Source: an uncultured Oscillospiraceae bacterium (GTDB lineage Bacteria; Bacillota; Clostridia; Oscillospirales; Oscillospiraceae). Taken from it: a DNA stretch of 64,000 nucleotides. Where the stretch lies: the NCBI GenBank assembly GCA_944386865.1, contig CALXCT010000041.1:3826-67825 (forward strand), given 5' to 3'. The notes beneath the pieces are model-generated. The model did no database searches, had not been told where the DNA came from, and saw only the letters and a list, made by a program, of their open reading frames with translations. Positions 8,330 through 17,728 of this stretch are shown here, in pieces. A program made the translations under genes and the position numbers. The first letter of the stretch is position 1. Each line of letters opens with the position of its first letter.

Positions 8330-9859
8330 TTACAGCCGCACTCTGGGGATGAGGAGCATCCTGCCCCGGCACTGATCCTCCTCCTCCAGCTCATTTGCCG
8401 TGAGGATGACCGACCGGGTGGTACGGCAGCTCTTGGCCACATCCCAAAGGCTCTCGTCCGCGCCCATCTGGCGCAGGACGATGGAGGGGCGCTCCCCCGC
8501 GCTCTGCTCCGGCTCTCCCTCCTGCATCGCGGCGTCTTTCAGCACCGCCATGCTGTCCCGCCTCGCCCCGGTCATCTGTACGCTCAGGGCGAATCTGATC
8601 TCGGCGCCCCCGGAGACGGGGGCGCCGAACACGTCCCCCTCGCTCTGGCATTGCAGCTGAGCCGCCGGGTCCAGCGGGCAGTCGAACCTGCTGTCCGTCT
8701 GCACCGTGCGCCGGGCACAGTAGACCTGATCGTCCTCCCCCAGGAAAATAAGGCGGAGCTCTACCGGCAGGGTGACCACCGTCTGATCCCCCTCCTGCAC
8801 ACAGGAGACAAGGCCCAGCTCCGCCTTCGCATCCAGCACCGCCTTCACCGGCTGCTCCGTCTCCACCAGCTCCCGCAGGTTCTGATGGTCCTCCTCCGTG
8901 CCGCTGCGCTGTGCCAGCCGGCAGGTGAGGTATTCCGCCTGCACCGGATAGACCGTGCTGTACACGTCCCGGATCAGACTCAGCGGCCGCTGCTCCCGCA
9001 CCACCGCCTGGGCCAGGATCTCCAGATCGGCAAACAGGCGGTTCCCGTTCTCACCGCCCAGCGTACACTCCGCCCCGGTGAGCTGCAGCTGCAGTTGGCA
9101 GTCGGTGTCCTCCCCCAGTTCCGGCATCTCCATCACCTGGGAGAAGGGCAGCTTATACTCCCCGTTTTCCAGGCTGCCGTCCATCGTCCGGTACAGTACA
9201 TGGACCTGGGCCTCCCCCTTGAAGATCAGCTTGCTTCCGATGAGTTTGGACTCTCCGCAGCGAAAGCTCACCCACTCATCCAGCAGCTCTTCCGCACCCG
9301 TGCGCCCCCCCAGGGACACCTCGTCCGAAAATGTAAAGGGCTTTTCCTGCACAGCAGAGACATAGTAGACGGCGGCATCCTGACGGAGCTGCTCCACCCC
9401 GTCGGATTCCGGGGCTTCCACCCCGCAGCACAGTTCCGTCTGGCTTGGCGTCCAGACCCTGACGCCAAAGCTGAGATTGGCCCGCACCAGGATCTTTCTG
9501 GGGTTCAGCGCCCGCCCCTCGATCTGCTGGAGGATGGGCGTGACCATCATTTTTGACTGGTCGGTGATCTCGCCGCCCGTCACGCTGCTCCGGAACGGGA
9601 TGTGCACCTCCAGCCTGCGCAGTCCCTCCTGTCCCTCCGGCTGATAGAGCACCGATGCCCGGACCTGGCCGCTGAATTCTCCCTTTCCCTCCTGGACCGA
9701 CCGGCTGGTGACAAACGGGATACCGGAGGCCAGGACGATCCTGGCGATATCCGGACAGGAGTCGGGAACAATGCTCTCCAAAGTCTCCTCCTGAAGCATG
9801 GTGGTCGTCAGCACCGGCTCGTAACACTGAAGACGCTGATAGTTCAGTTCAATACCCAT
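8330..9859 (-). CDS. DUF3794 (SPOCS)-type sporulation protein with C-terminal LysM domain, SipL/SpoVID-like
   Basis: The 509-aa product starts MGIELNYQRLQCYEP..LESIVPDSCPDI (typical DUF3794 start). The C-terminus SIVLRQMGADESLWDVAKSCRTTRSVILTANEL....GRMLLIP fits LysM. This architecture equals C. difficile SipL. Confidence 0.65.
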   Translation of the reverse strand: MGIELNYQRLQCYEPVLTTTMLQEETLESIVPDSCPDIARIVLASGIPFVTSRSVQEGKGEFSGQVRASVLYQPEGQEGLRRLEVHIPFRSSVTGGEITDQSKMMVTPILQQIEGRALNPRKILVRANLSFGVRVWTPSQTELCCGVEAPESDGVEQLRQDAAVYYVSAVQEKPFTFSDEVSLGGRTGAEELLDEWVSFRCGESKLIGSKLIFKGEAQVHVLYRTMDGSLENGEYKLPFSQVMEMPELGEDTDCQLQLQLTGAECTLGGENGNRLFADLEILAQAVVREQRPLSLIRDVYSTVYPVQAEYLTCRLAQRSGTEEDHQNLRELVETEQPVKAVLDAKAELGLVSCVQEGDQTVVTLPVELRLIFLGEDDQVYCARRTVQTDSRFDCPLDPAAQLQCQSEGDVFGAPVSGGAEIRFALSVQMTGARRDSMAVLKDAAMQEGEPEQSAGERPSIVLRQMGADESLWDVAKSCRTTRSVILTANELEEEDQCRGRMLLIPRVRL

Positions 9860-9998
9860 AAAAATTCCTCTCCCCTTACGGTATGATGGCTGTCTGTGCC
9901 ACTATATGACCGTGGGGAGAGGATTATATCAGCTCAGGTGAAAAAGTTTTCGCAGCAGGCTCTGCACGAATTTCGGCGCCTTGATCACGACGATGTTC

Positions 9999-10064
9999 AA
10001 AAAACCGACCTCCCTCCGCCGATACTGGGTCCGCTCATTCCCAGTATATGCGTGAGGAGGCCGG
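9999..10064 (-). terminator. Probable terminator after rsgA (end of the priA...rsgA operon)
   Basis: On the minus strand CCGGCCTCC...GGAGGTCGG (one G-U) encloses an inner hairpin ATACTGGG/CCCAGTAT and is followed by T6. Confidence 0.45.
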
Positions 10065-10093
10065 TTTTGTGATTGTATGGCTGCGCTGCGGCA

Positions 10094-10981
10094 TCACCGC
10101 TGCTTCTTTTCCCAATCCGGGATATTTTTGACCTGCTCGTACAGCCTGACATAGCTCCGGTGCCGCTCCGGGGAAATGGCACCCTCCCGGAGCGCCTGCA
10201 GCACCGCACAGCCCTTTTCCTTCACATGGGCGCAGTTACTGAACCGGCACTGGTCCAAATAGGGCCGGAATTCCCGGAACGTGGCTGCCAGCTCCTCCTT
10301 GCCCAGCTGCTCCATCCGCTCCACGTCGAAGGCGGAAAAGCCGGGAGTGTCCGCGATGACGGTATTCTGATCCAGGCGGAACAGCTGGATATGCCGGGTG
10401 GTGTGCCGCCCGCGCCCCAGCTTCTCGCTCACCTCCCCGGTGGGGATGTGCAGCCCGGGGCACAGAGCGTTCAGCAGGCTGGATTTTCCCACACCGGAGT
10501 TTCCTGTAAAGGCGTTTACCTTCCCAGATAGTGCCGCTCTGAGTTCTTCCACGCCCTCTCCGGTGACCGCGCTGACACGCAGAGTCGGGATGCCGGCGGA
10601 GCGGTAGATCTGATACAGACGCTCCACGTCGGACAGATCGCACTTGTTGACACAGACCAGTGGCGCGCACCGCTTGCTCTCCGCCAGGGAGATCATCCGG
10701 TCGATCAGGAAGGGGTCGGTGACCGGGGTGGTCTCAGACACCACCAGTACCAGCTGCTCCAGATTAGCCACAGCGGGGCGCTGGAAACAGTTGTGCCGGG
10801 GCAGGATGCGGTCCACCGTGCCCGCACCGCCCTCCGCTGGGGTGAACTCCACCCGGTCGCCCACCAGGGGGGCCTCCCCCTGGTGGCGGAACTTTCCCCG
10901 TGCGCGGCAGGTGACCAGTGTGCTCCCGTCATCCACGTAATAAAAGCCGCTCAGGGCTTTCATGATAATCCCCTGTCCCAT
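10094..10981 (-). CDS. rsgA: Ribosome small-subunit-dependent GTPase A
   Basis: The product reads MGQGIIMKALSGFYYV...VNKCDL...GNSGVGKSSLLNAL...GRHTTRH..L with a C-terminal Zn-finger cysteine region. Start chosen by alignment to the B. subtilis CpgA N-terminus; the ATG at 10963 is an alternative. Confidence 0.88.
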   Translation of the reverse strand: MGQGIIMKALSGFYYVDDGSTLVTCRARGKFRHQGEAPLVGDRVEFTPAEGGAGTVDRILPRHNCFQRPAVANLEQLVLVVSETTPVTDPFLIDRMISLAESKRCAPLVCVNKCDLSDVERLYQIYRSAGIPTLRVSAVTGEGVEELRAALSGKVNAFTGNSGVGKSSLLNALCPGLHIPTGEVSEKLGRGRHTTRHIQLFRLDQNTVIADTPGFSAFDVERMEQLGKEELAATFREFRPYLDQCRFSNCAHVKEKGCAVLQALREGAISPERHRSYVRLYEQVKNIPDWEKKQR

Positions 10982-10982
10982 G

Positions 10983-12980
10983 TCAGCTGAAGGTATAATC
11001 TTTGCCCATATAGAGCACGTCGTCAAAGTAGATGGAGACGGTCTGGGTACCTGTACCGGTGATCTTCGGATAGATCACGGAATTCATGGTGCAGTCCCAG
11101 TCCTCCTGGTAAACGGTCACCCCGGCCACGTCCACCCGCACCGTGACATAGCCCTCCACGTCGGGCAGCGGGATCTCGATCTCCAGTGTGCCGGGCTGAG
11201 GCTGTGTGCTGGGGTCCTTGCCCAGGCTGATCTGAAGGTTGACCTTGGTCTTCTCAGGCACCTCCTCGTTGGCCAGCGGATACTGGGAGACCACACATCC
11301 TTCCGGCACCTCATCGTCATAGACCGGGGTGATCTCCCCAGTCTCCAGGTTCTGGGTGGCCAGGTCGGCGCGGGCCTTTTCTTCCGTCAGGCCATACAGG
11401 TCGGGCACGGGCACCAGCTTTTCCTCCTTGCCTTTGCTCACCCACAGCTGCACCTCGTCCCCCGCCTTCAGGACGGTATTGTACTCCGGCGAGTAGCGGG
11501 TGATATACCCCGCGTTGATGTCATCGCTGAATTCCTCGATGTCGGGCAGCACCACAAGGCCCATGGCCTCCAGCTCCAGCCGGGCGGCGCGCACCTCCCG
11601 GTTGTAGACCTCCGGCATCCGGATCTCCTCAGCGCCCTTGCTCACCGTCACCGTGATGACCAGGTTGTCATCTCCCTTGAGCACCCGGTTGGCGGCCGGG
11701 TCCTGCTCAACGATGGTGCCCACCGGCTGGTCGCTGAAGACCTCGTTGACCTCGGAATTCAGCGTGAAGCCGTTGAGCAGATCGGTCTCCAGCGCGATCT
11801 CCTCCAGCGTGTAGCCCCGAAGGTCGGGGACCGTGTGGGTGGGCTCCGGCGCCAGCAGTGGCGCGAGGAAGGAGGTCCACAGGAAGCCCAGCAGGCCGAT
11901 CACGAACAGAAGGATAACTACCACGGCAGCGATGATGGGGTAGTTGTTCGAACCTCCGCCCTTTCTACCGCTCTGACTGCTCTTGCGCGGGCGGGGCGGG
12001 GCCATATCGTCCTCCTCCCGCTCCGACAGGCGCTGCTGCCGGTGGTGGACCAGGCTGGCGCCGGCCGCGGCTCCGCTGACCACCTGAGTGGGTTCGTCCG
12101 CAGCGTCATGCTCCTGAAGGTCGGACGGGGAATAGTCAAAGTTGATGTTGGGATTCTTCCGGAACTCCTCCAGATCGGCCAGCATATCGTCGGCGGACAG
12201 ATACCGCTTGTCCGGGTTGGGCGCCATGGCCTTCATGGTGATGGCCTCCAGCGCCTCGGGGATGTCGGGGTTGATTTCCCGAGGGGTGAGCGGGATGCTG
12301 TTGATGTGCTGGATGGCCACTGAGACGGGGGAATCTCCCTCAAAGGGCAGCCGTCCGGTGAGCATCTCATAGAGTACCACACCTGCGGAATAGAGGTCAG
12401 ACCGCGCGTCGATATGGCTGCCGCGGGCCTGCTCCGGCGAAATATAGTGGACGGAGCCCAGCGCCTCCTGGGTCAGGGTGCTGTGGCTGGCATTGGTGAG
12501 CCGGGCGATGCCGAAATCGGCCACCTTCACGCTGCCGTCCCGGAGCACCATGATGTTGTGGGGCTTGATGTCCCGGTGGATGATCCCCCGGCTGTGGGCA
12601 TGGCCCAGCGCCTTGGTGATCTGGGTGATGAAGTGCAGCGCCTCCCGCCAGTTGAGCTTGTTCCCCTTCTTCTGCATATACTGCTTCAGCGTGATGCCGT
12701 CGATGAGCTCCATGACGATATAGTCGATGTCGGAGGAACGGCTCACGTCGTATACCGCCACGATATTGGGGTGGGACAGCATGGCAACGGCACGGGATTC
12801 ATCGTGGAATCTGCGGCGGAATTCCGCATCCTGGGCCAGGTCCTCTTTGAGGATCTTGATGGCGACCAGCCGGTTGAGCCGGTGGCAGCGTGCTTTATAA
12901 ACGGTGGACATGCCGCCATAGCCCACCTTCTCCAGGATCTCATATCGATTGTCGAGTAATTTTCCTATGTACTGATCCAT
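10983..12980 (-). CDS. prkC: Ser/Thr protein kinase with extracellular PASTA repeats
   Basis: A Hanks kinase domain (HRDIKPHNIM, DFGIA, SPEQARG), a TM segment, then three PASTA-like repeats. Confidence 0.92.
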   Translation of the reverse strand: MDQYIGKLLDNRYEILEKVGYGGMSTVYKARCHRLNRLVAIKILKEDLAQDAEFRRRFHDESRAVAMLSHPNIVAVYDVSRSSDIDYIVMELIDGITLKQYMQKKGNKLNWREALHFITQITKALGHAHSRGIIHRDIKPHNIMVLRDGSVKVADFGIARLTNASHSTLTQEALGSVHYISPEQARGSHIDARSDLYSAGVVLYEMLTGRLPFEGDSPVSVAIQHINSIPLTPREINPDIPEALEAITMKAMAPNPDKRYLSADDMLADLEEFRKNPNINFDYSPSDLQEHDAADEPTQVVSGAAAGASLVHHRQQRLSEREEDDMAPPRPRKSSQSGRKGGGSNNYPIIAAVVVILLFVIGLLGFLWTSFLAPLLAPEPTHTVPDLRGYTLEEIALETDLLNGFTLNSEVNEVFSDQPVGTIVEQDPAANRVLKGDDNLVITVTVSKGAEEIRMPEVYNREVRAARLELEAMGLVVLPDIEEFSDDINAGYITRYSPEYNTVLKAGDEVQLWVSKGKEEKLVPVPDLYGLTEEKARADLATQNLETGEITPVYDDEVPEGCVVSQYPLANEEVPEKTKVNLQISLGKDPSTQPQPGTLEIEIPLPDVEGYVTVRVDVAGVTVYQEDWDCTMNSVIYPKITGTGTQTVSIYFDDVLYMGKDYTFS

Positions 12981-12985
12981 GAAAA

Positions 12986-13726
12986 TTACCCCCCTTGACT
13001 GTTGGTGATAAGTACTGCGGTCACGTTGTCCGGTGCGCCGCGCTTGAGGGCGATGTCCAAAAGCCTGCCGCAGCAGCTCTCGGCCGGGCCGCCGTGGAGC
13101 ACCTCGTACAGGATCTCCTGGTCACTGACGACGTTGCTCAGCCCATCGCTGCACAGCAGCAGCGACTCCCCCGCCTTCCACTCCACCTGGAACAGGTCGG
13201 CCCGAAGCTCCGGCTCCGCGCCCAGCGCGCGGGTGATCAGGTTCTTCTGGGGATGGGAGCGGGCCTGCTCCGGCGTGATGTCGCCCCGCTCCAGCAGGTG
13301 CTGCACCAGGGAGTGGTCCCGGGTCACCCGGCTGATGCCGGACTCACTGATATGGTACGCCCGGCTGTCCCCCTCGTTGAGCACCTCGGCACGCTCGGGG
13401 GTCGCGTAAGCCGCCACCAGGGTGGTCCCCATGCCCCTGCAGTCCGCGTCAGTAGCGGAGCGGTGATAGATCGCCCGGTTGGCCTGGTCTGCGGAGGCGC
13501 TCATCAGCTGAGGCAGCTCCTGGCCCGGCTGCCCGGAATAGCCCGCAAGGAAGGCAGAGAGAAAATACTCCACCGCCATGGTGCTGGCCACATTGCCCGC
13601 CTTCGCGCCACCCATGCCGTCACACACGATGGCGATCCCGCAGTCCTCATCCAGGAGCTTGAAGTCATATGCGTCCTGGTTCTGCTCCCGGACGCGGCCC
13701 CGGTCAGTGATCCCGAATATCTGCAT
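12986..13726 (-). CDS. prpC: PP2C-family Ser/Thr phosphatase (Stp/PrpC)
   Basis: The product reads GRVREQNQDA...VCDGMGG...LCSDGLSN...GAPDNVTAV and sits immediately upstream of prkC. Confidence 0.9.
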   Translation of the reverse strand: MQIFGITDRGRVREQNQDAYDFKLLDEDCGIAIVCDGMGGAKAGNVASTMAVEYFLSAFLAGYSGQPGQELPQLMSASADQANRAIYHRSATDADCRGMGTTLVAAYATPERAEVLNEGDSRAYHISESGISRVTRDHSLVQHLLERGDITPEQARSHPQKNLITRALGAEPELRADLFQVEWKAGESLLLCSDGLSNVVSDQEILYEVLHGGPAESCCGRLLDIALKRGAPDNVTAVLITNSQGG

Positions 13727-14774
13727 GGACCTTCACCCTCTCTTTCTCAGCGGCCGTCTCCTCCAGCCGCTTGCGGCGCAGCTGGCCGCAGGACGCATCG
13801 ATATCGCCGCCCAGCCTGCGCCGCACCGTCACGTTCACGCCGTGCGCCTGCAGCCGTCTTTGGAACTCTGCCGTGCGGCGGCTGGGCCGCAGCGGGCTCT
13901 CCCGCACATCGTTGAGCGGGATGAGGTTGACGTGGCCGGGCGCCCGCTTCAGTCTCTGGGCCAGCAGGTCCGCTTGACGGTCTGAGTCGTTCACGCCGTC
14001 GATCATGGCGTATTCATAGGAGATGCGCCGGCCGGTGATGTCGAAATACCGCCGGCACGCCTCAATCAATTCCTCCACAGGATAGGCACGGTTGACCGGC
14101 ATGATGCGGTCACGGGTCTCGTTGTCCGGTGCGTGGAGAGAAACGGATAACGTTAATTGTAACCGATACCCGGCCAGTTTGTCAATTTTATCGACCAGTC
14201 CGCAGGTGGACAGGGAGATATGACGCATGCCGATGTCCATACCGTCCGGATGGTTGACCAGCGTCAGAAACCTCAGCACCGTGTCGAAGTTGTCCAGCGG
14301 CTCGCCGATCCCCATGAGCACGATGTTGGACACCGGCACCCCCGCGTCCAGCTGGGTGAACAGCACCTGGTCCAGCATCTCGGAGGCGGTCAGGTCCCGG
14401 ACCTTGCCCCCGATGGTGGAGGCACAGAAGGCGCAACCCATCCGGCAGCCCACCTGAGAGGAGATGCACACCGTATTTCCGTGCTGATAGCGCATCAGCA
14501 CCGTCTCCACACAGTTGCCATCCCCCAGCCGCCACAGGTATTTGATGGTGCCGTCCAGGGCGGAGACCTGCTTGCGCTCGATCCTGGGGCAGGTGATCAG
14601 GCAGTTTGCACGCAGCTTGTCCCTCAGGCCCTTGGACAGGTTGGTCATCCCGTCCGGGTCGGTGATCCCCCGGCTGAGCCACTGGAAGATCTGCTTGCCG
14701 CGGAATGCCGGCTCCCCCAGTCCCCTGCAGAAGGCCGACAGCTCCTCCGGCGTCAGCGACTTGAGATCGGTCAT
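13704..14774 (-). CDS. rlmN: 23S rRNA/tRNA (adenine2503-C2)-methyltransferase, radical SAM
   Basis: CISSQVGCRMGCAFCAS radical-SAM motif, and LSVSLHAP...IEYAMIDGVNDS. Confidence 0.93.
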   Translation of the reverse strand: MTDLKSLTPEELSAFCRGLGEPAFRGKQIFQWLSRGITDPDGMTNLSKGLRDKLRANCLITCPRIERKQVSALDGTIKYLWRLGDGNCVETVLMRYQHGNTVCISSQVGCRMGCAFCASTIGGKVRDLTASEMLDQVLFTQLDAGVPVSNIVLMGIGEPLDNFDTVLRFLTLVNHPDGMDIGMRHISLSTCGLVDKIDKLAGYRLQLTLSVSLHAPDNETRDRIMPVNRAYPVEELIEACRRYFDITGRRISYEYAMIDGVNDSDRQADLLAQRLKRAPGHVNLIPLNDVRESPLRPSRRTAEFQRRLQAHGVNVTVRRRLGGDIDASCGQLRRKRLEETAAEKERVKVHADIRDH

Positions 14775-16093
14775 AGGCTTCTCCTCATCCTCGCGATGTA
14801 AAATCCGTCTGTTCCATGCCGGTGGGGCCAGAGGGTGAGCTGTCCCGACGCTCCGTCCAAGGGAGCGGGCACCGGCGCCGCCTCCAGCCGGAACTCCGGG
14901 TGGGCCGCCAGAAAGGCGTCCACCACCTGCTCGTTCTCCCGCTCCAGTAGGGTGCAGGTGGAGTAGAGCAGCACGCCGCCCTTTATGACGTATCCCGACA
15001 CGTTCTCCAGAATGGCGGACTGCACCTCCGGCAGCCGCTTCAGCGGCTCCGGGTCCTTGTATCGGATATCCGGCTTTTTCCGGATGACCCCCAGGCCTGA
15101 ACAGGGCACGTCTGCGATCACCAGGTCGAACCGCTCCGCAAATTCCCCGTTCCTTCGGGAGGCATCCATCAGCATGGGCCTGACGCAGGTCAGCCCCAGC
15201 CGGTCCGCACCGGCACGGATCAGCTTGATCTTGTGGGGATGGATGTCGCAGGAGACCACCTCTCCCCTGTTCTCCATCTGGATGGCAGCGGCGAAGGACT
15301 TGCCGCCGGGGGCGGCGCAGGCATCCAGCACGCGCATGCCCGGCTCAGGCGCGGCCGCCAGCACAGCCGTCTTCGCCGCCGCGTCCTGGATGTAGAACAG
15401 GCCCTGCCGGAAGGCCCGCAGGCGCTCGACATCGCCTGTGTCCCGCACCTCCAGGCAGTCGCTCAGCCAGGGGTGGGGCCGGACGGACACTCCGTCCTCC
15501 TCCAGCGCGCGGCAAAGGTCGGGCAGAGCACACTTGACGCCATTGAGCTGGAACAGGGTGTCCGGAGCGCTGTTGTCCGCCTGGAGAAGCTGTTCCAGCT
15601 CACCGTCCGGCAGACGGCGGGCGAACTCCTCCACCAGCCAGCGGGGGTGGCTGTACCGGACGAAGGGGTCCTCCGGCAGCGGCAGATCGCGTCCCCCGCG
15701 GGCGGCGGCACGCAGCACACCGTTGACAAAGCCCGCCGCCCCCCGGTTTTTCACATACCGCCTGGCGAGGTTGACAGACTCGTTCACAGCCGCGCTCACG
15801 GGGATCTTGTCCAGCATGGTCATCTGGTAGAGGCCCAGCCGAAGGATGGTCAGCACCTTGTCCTCCAGTCGGTCCACAGGCGTGTTGGAAAAGGTCCCGA
15901 TGTAATGATCCAGCAGCATCCGGTTCTGGAGCACGCCGAAGCACAGCCGGGTGGCCAGGGCGGCCTCCCGGCTGTCCAGTCCGTTCTGGCGGAGCAGGCA
16001 CTTGAGCACTCCGTCCGACCAGCCGCCCTGCTTTCCGCACTCGCACAGGGCCAGCAGCGCCGTCTCCCGGCCGGAGGTCACGGCGGCCCTCAT
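14771..16093 (-). CDS. rsmB: 16S rRNA (cytosine967-C5)-methyltransferase
   Basis: An N-terminal NusB-like domain, and DACAAPGGKS...DVPCSGLG...LLYSTCT motifs. Confidence 0.9.
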   Translation of the reverse strand: MRAAVTSGRETALLALCECGKQGGWSDGVLKCLLRQNGLDSREAALATRLCFGVLQNRMLLDHYIGTFSNTPVDRLEDKVLTILRLGLYQMTMLDKIPVSAAVNESVNLARRYVKNRGAAGFVNGVLRAAARGGRDLPLPEDPFVRYSHPRWLVEEFARRLPDGELEQLLQADNSAPDTLFQLNGVKCALPDLCRALEEDGVSVRPHPWLSDCLEVRDTGDVERLRAFRQGLFYIQDAAAKTAVLAAAPEPGMRVLDACAAPGGKSFAAAIQMENRGEVVSCDIHPHKIKLIRAGADRLGLTCVRPMLMDASRRNGEFAERFDLVIADVPCSGLGVIRKKPDIRYKDPEPLKRLPEVQSAILENVSGYVIKGGVLLYSTCTLLERENEQVVDAFLAAHPEFRLEAAPVPAPLDGASGQLTLWPHRHGTDGFYIARMRRSL

Positions 16094-16785
16094 TCCCGAC
16101 GCCCCCTGCCTCCGGCGAAGATCAGCAGGTAGCGGAGCAGATGGGCGATGGACACCAGCAGTGCGGCCACATAGGTCAGCGCGGCGGCCCGCAGCACCTT
16201 TTTCGCGCCGGACAGCTCCGAGTCGGACAGCAGCCCCCGCTCCTCCAGGGTGACCACCGCACGGCGGGAGGCGTTGAACTCCACCGGCAGGGTGACCACC
16301 TGGAACAGCACCGCCAGGGCAAACAGGAGGATCCCCAGGGCGAACAGCGGCTCAAAGTAGAGGACCAGGCCGATGACGATGAGCACCAGGGAGATCTGAG
16401 ACCCCACGCTGCACACGGGGATCATGGCGGTGCGCAGCCGGACGGGGCCGTAGTTCTGAGCGTACTGCACCGCATGGCCCGCCTCATGGGCGGCCACTCC
16501 CACGGCAGCCACCGAGTGGGCATCGTACACCTGCTCGGACAGGCGGATCACGTTGCTCCGGGGGTCGTAGTGGTCGGTGAGGTTGCCCGCCACGCGTTCG
16601 ATGCGTACATCCCGCACACCGTTGGCCCACAGCACCGCCTCCGCCGCCTGGGCGCCGGTGAGGTTGCGCAGGCAGCGCACGCGGGAGTACTTGGCAAACG
16701 TGGAGGACACGTTCAGCTGTGCCAGCGCCGCCAGCAGGATACAGGGCAGGATCACCGCCAGATAATAGCCGTCGAGATAGAACAT
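16090..16785 (-). CDS. Zinc metallopeptidase, YugP-like (membrane-associated, HExxH)
   Basis: The product reads GNLTDHYDPRSNVIRLS...AAVGVAAHEAGHAVQ plus C-terminal TM helices. Confidence 0.8.
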   Translation of the reverse strand: MFYLDGYYLAVILPCILLAALAQLNVSSTFAKYSRVRCLRNLTGAQAAEAVLWANGVRDVRIERVAGNLTDHYDPRSNVIRLSEQVYDAHSVAAVGVAAHEAGHAVQYAQNYGPVRLRTAMIPVCSVGSQISLVLIVIGLVLYFEPLFALGILLFALAVLFQVVTLPVEFNASRRAVVTLEERGLLSDSELSGAKKVLRAAALTYVAALLVSIAHLLRYLLIFAGGRGRRE

Positions 16786-16804
16786 GGTCGTGCTCCTTCC
16801 GGAT

Positions 16805-17728
16805 TCAGCTGAGTTTGATGGGATTGCCCCGCAGGTAGTCCGCGGCGGACATTTTCCGCTTTCCCTCCGCCTGCAGCTCCAGGATGCGGAGCACCCTGCC
16901 GTCTCCGCAGGCCACGTCGATCCCCTGGTCCCCGGCGGACAGCAGCGTCCCGGCCTCAGCGCCGGTGCGCGCGCCGGTCTCGGTGACGGTGATGATCTTC
17001 ATGGGCCTGCCGTTGATCACCTGGGTGGTGGTCCCCGGCCAGGGGGTCAGGCCACGCACCTGGTCATGGATCTCCCGGGCGCTTTTCTTCCAGTCGATGG
17101 GAGACAGGGCACGGGAGAGCATTGGCGCGTAAGTGGCCAGCGCCGGGTCCTGGGGGATGCGGGGGGCCGTCCCGTTCTCTATCTGGGATACAGTGTTGAC
17201 CAGAAGCCGCCCGCCTATGCGGGCCAGCCGGTCATGGAGCGTCTCCACCGTCTCCTCCGGGTCGATGGGGGTACTCTGCTGGGCGATGATATCCCCCGCG
17301 TCCAGCTCCTTCGCCATGTGCATGATGGTCACGCCCGTCTCCCGCTCCCCCTGGAGCACCGCCCAGTTGATGGGGGCCGCGCCCCGGTATTTGGGAAGCA
17401 GCGAGGAGTGGACGTTGATGCAGCCCAGCGGGGGGATGGCCAGCACCGCCTCCGGCAGGATGCGCCCATACGCCGCCACCACGATCAGCCGGGGCGCAAG
17501 GTCCCGGATTTGGGCCTGCACCTCAGGATCTTTCAGTGACAGCGGCTGATAAACCGGGATATCATGTGCAATGGCAAACTCCTTTACAGGCGTTGGCTGG
17601 AGCTTCATGCCTCGATTTTTGGGCTTGTCGGGCTGGGTAAATGCCCCACAGATCTCGTGCCCGGCCTTCACCAGCTCCTCCAGGGAGGGGACGGCAAAGT
17701 CCGGCGTACCCATGAACAGGATCCTCAC
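16805..17728 (-). CDS. fmt: Methionyl-tRNA formyltransferase
   Basis: GTG start giving MRILFMGTPDFAVPSL...INVHSSLLPKYRGAAPI. There is a GTGA overlap with the def stop. Confidence 0.93.
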   Translation of the reverse strand: MRILFMGTPDFAVPSLEELVKAGHEICGAFTQPDKPKNRGMKLQPTPVKEFAIAHDIPVYQPLSLKDPEVQAQIRDLAPRLIVVAAYGRILPEAVLAIPPLGCINVHSSLLPKYRGAAPINWAVLQGERETGVTIMHMAKELDAGDIIAQQSTPIDPEETVETLHDRLARIGGRLLVNTVSQIENGTAPRIPQDPALATYAPMLSRALSPIDWKKSAREIHDQVRGLTPWPGTTTQVINGRPMKIITVTETGARTGAEAGTLLSAGDQGIDVACGDGRVLRILELQAEGKRKMSAADYLRGNPIKLS

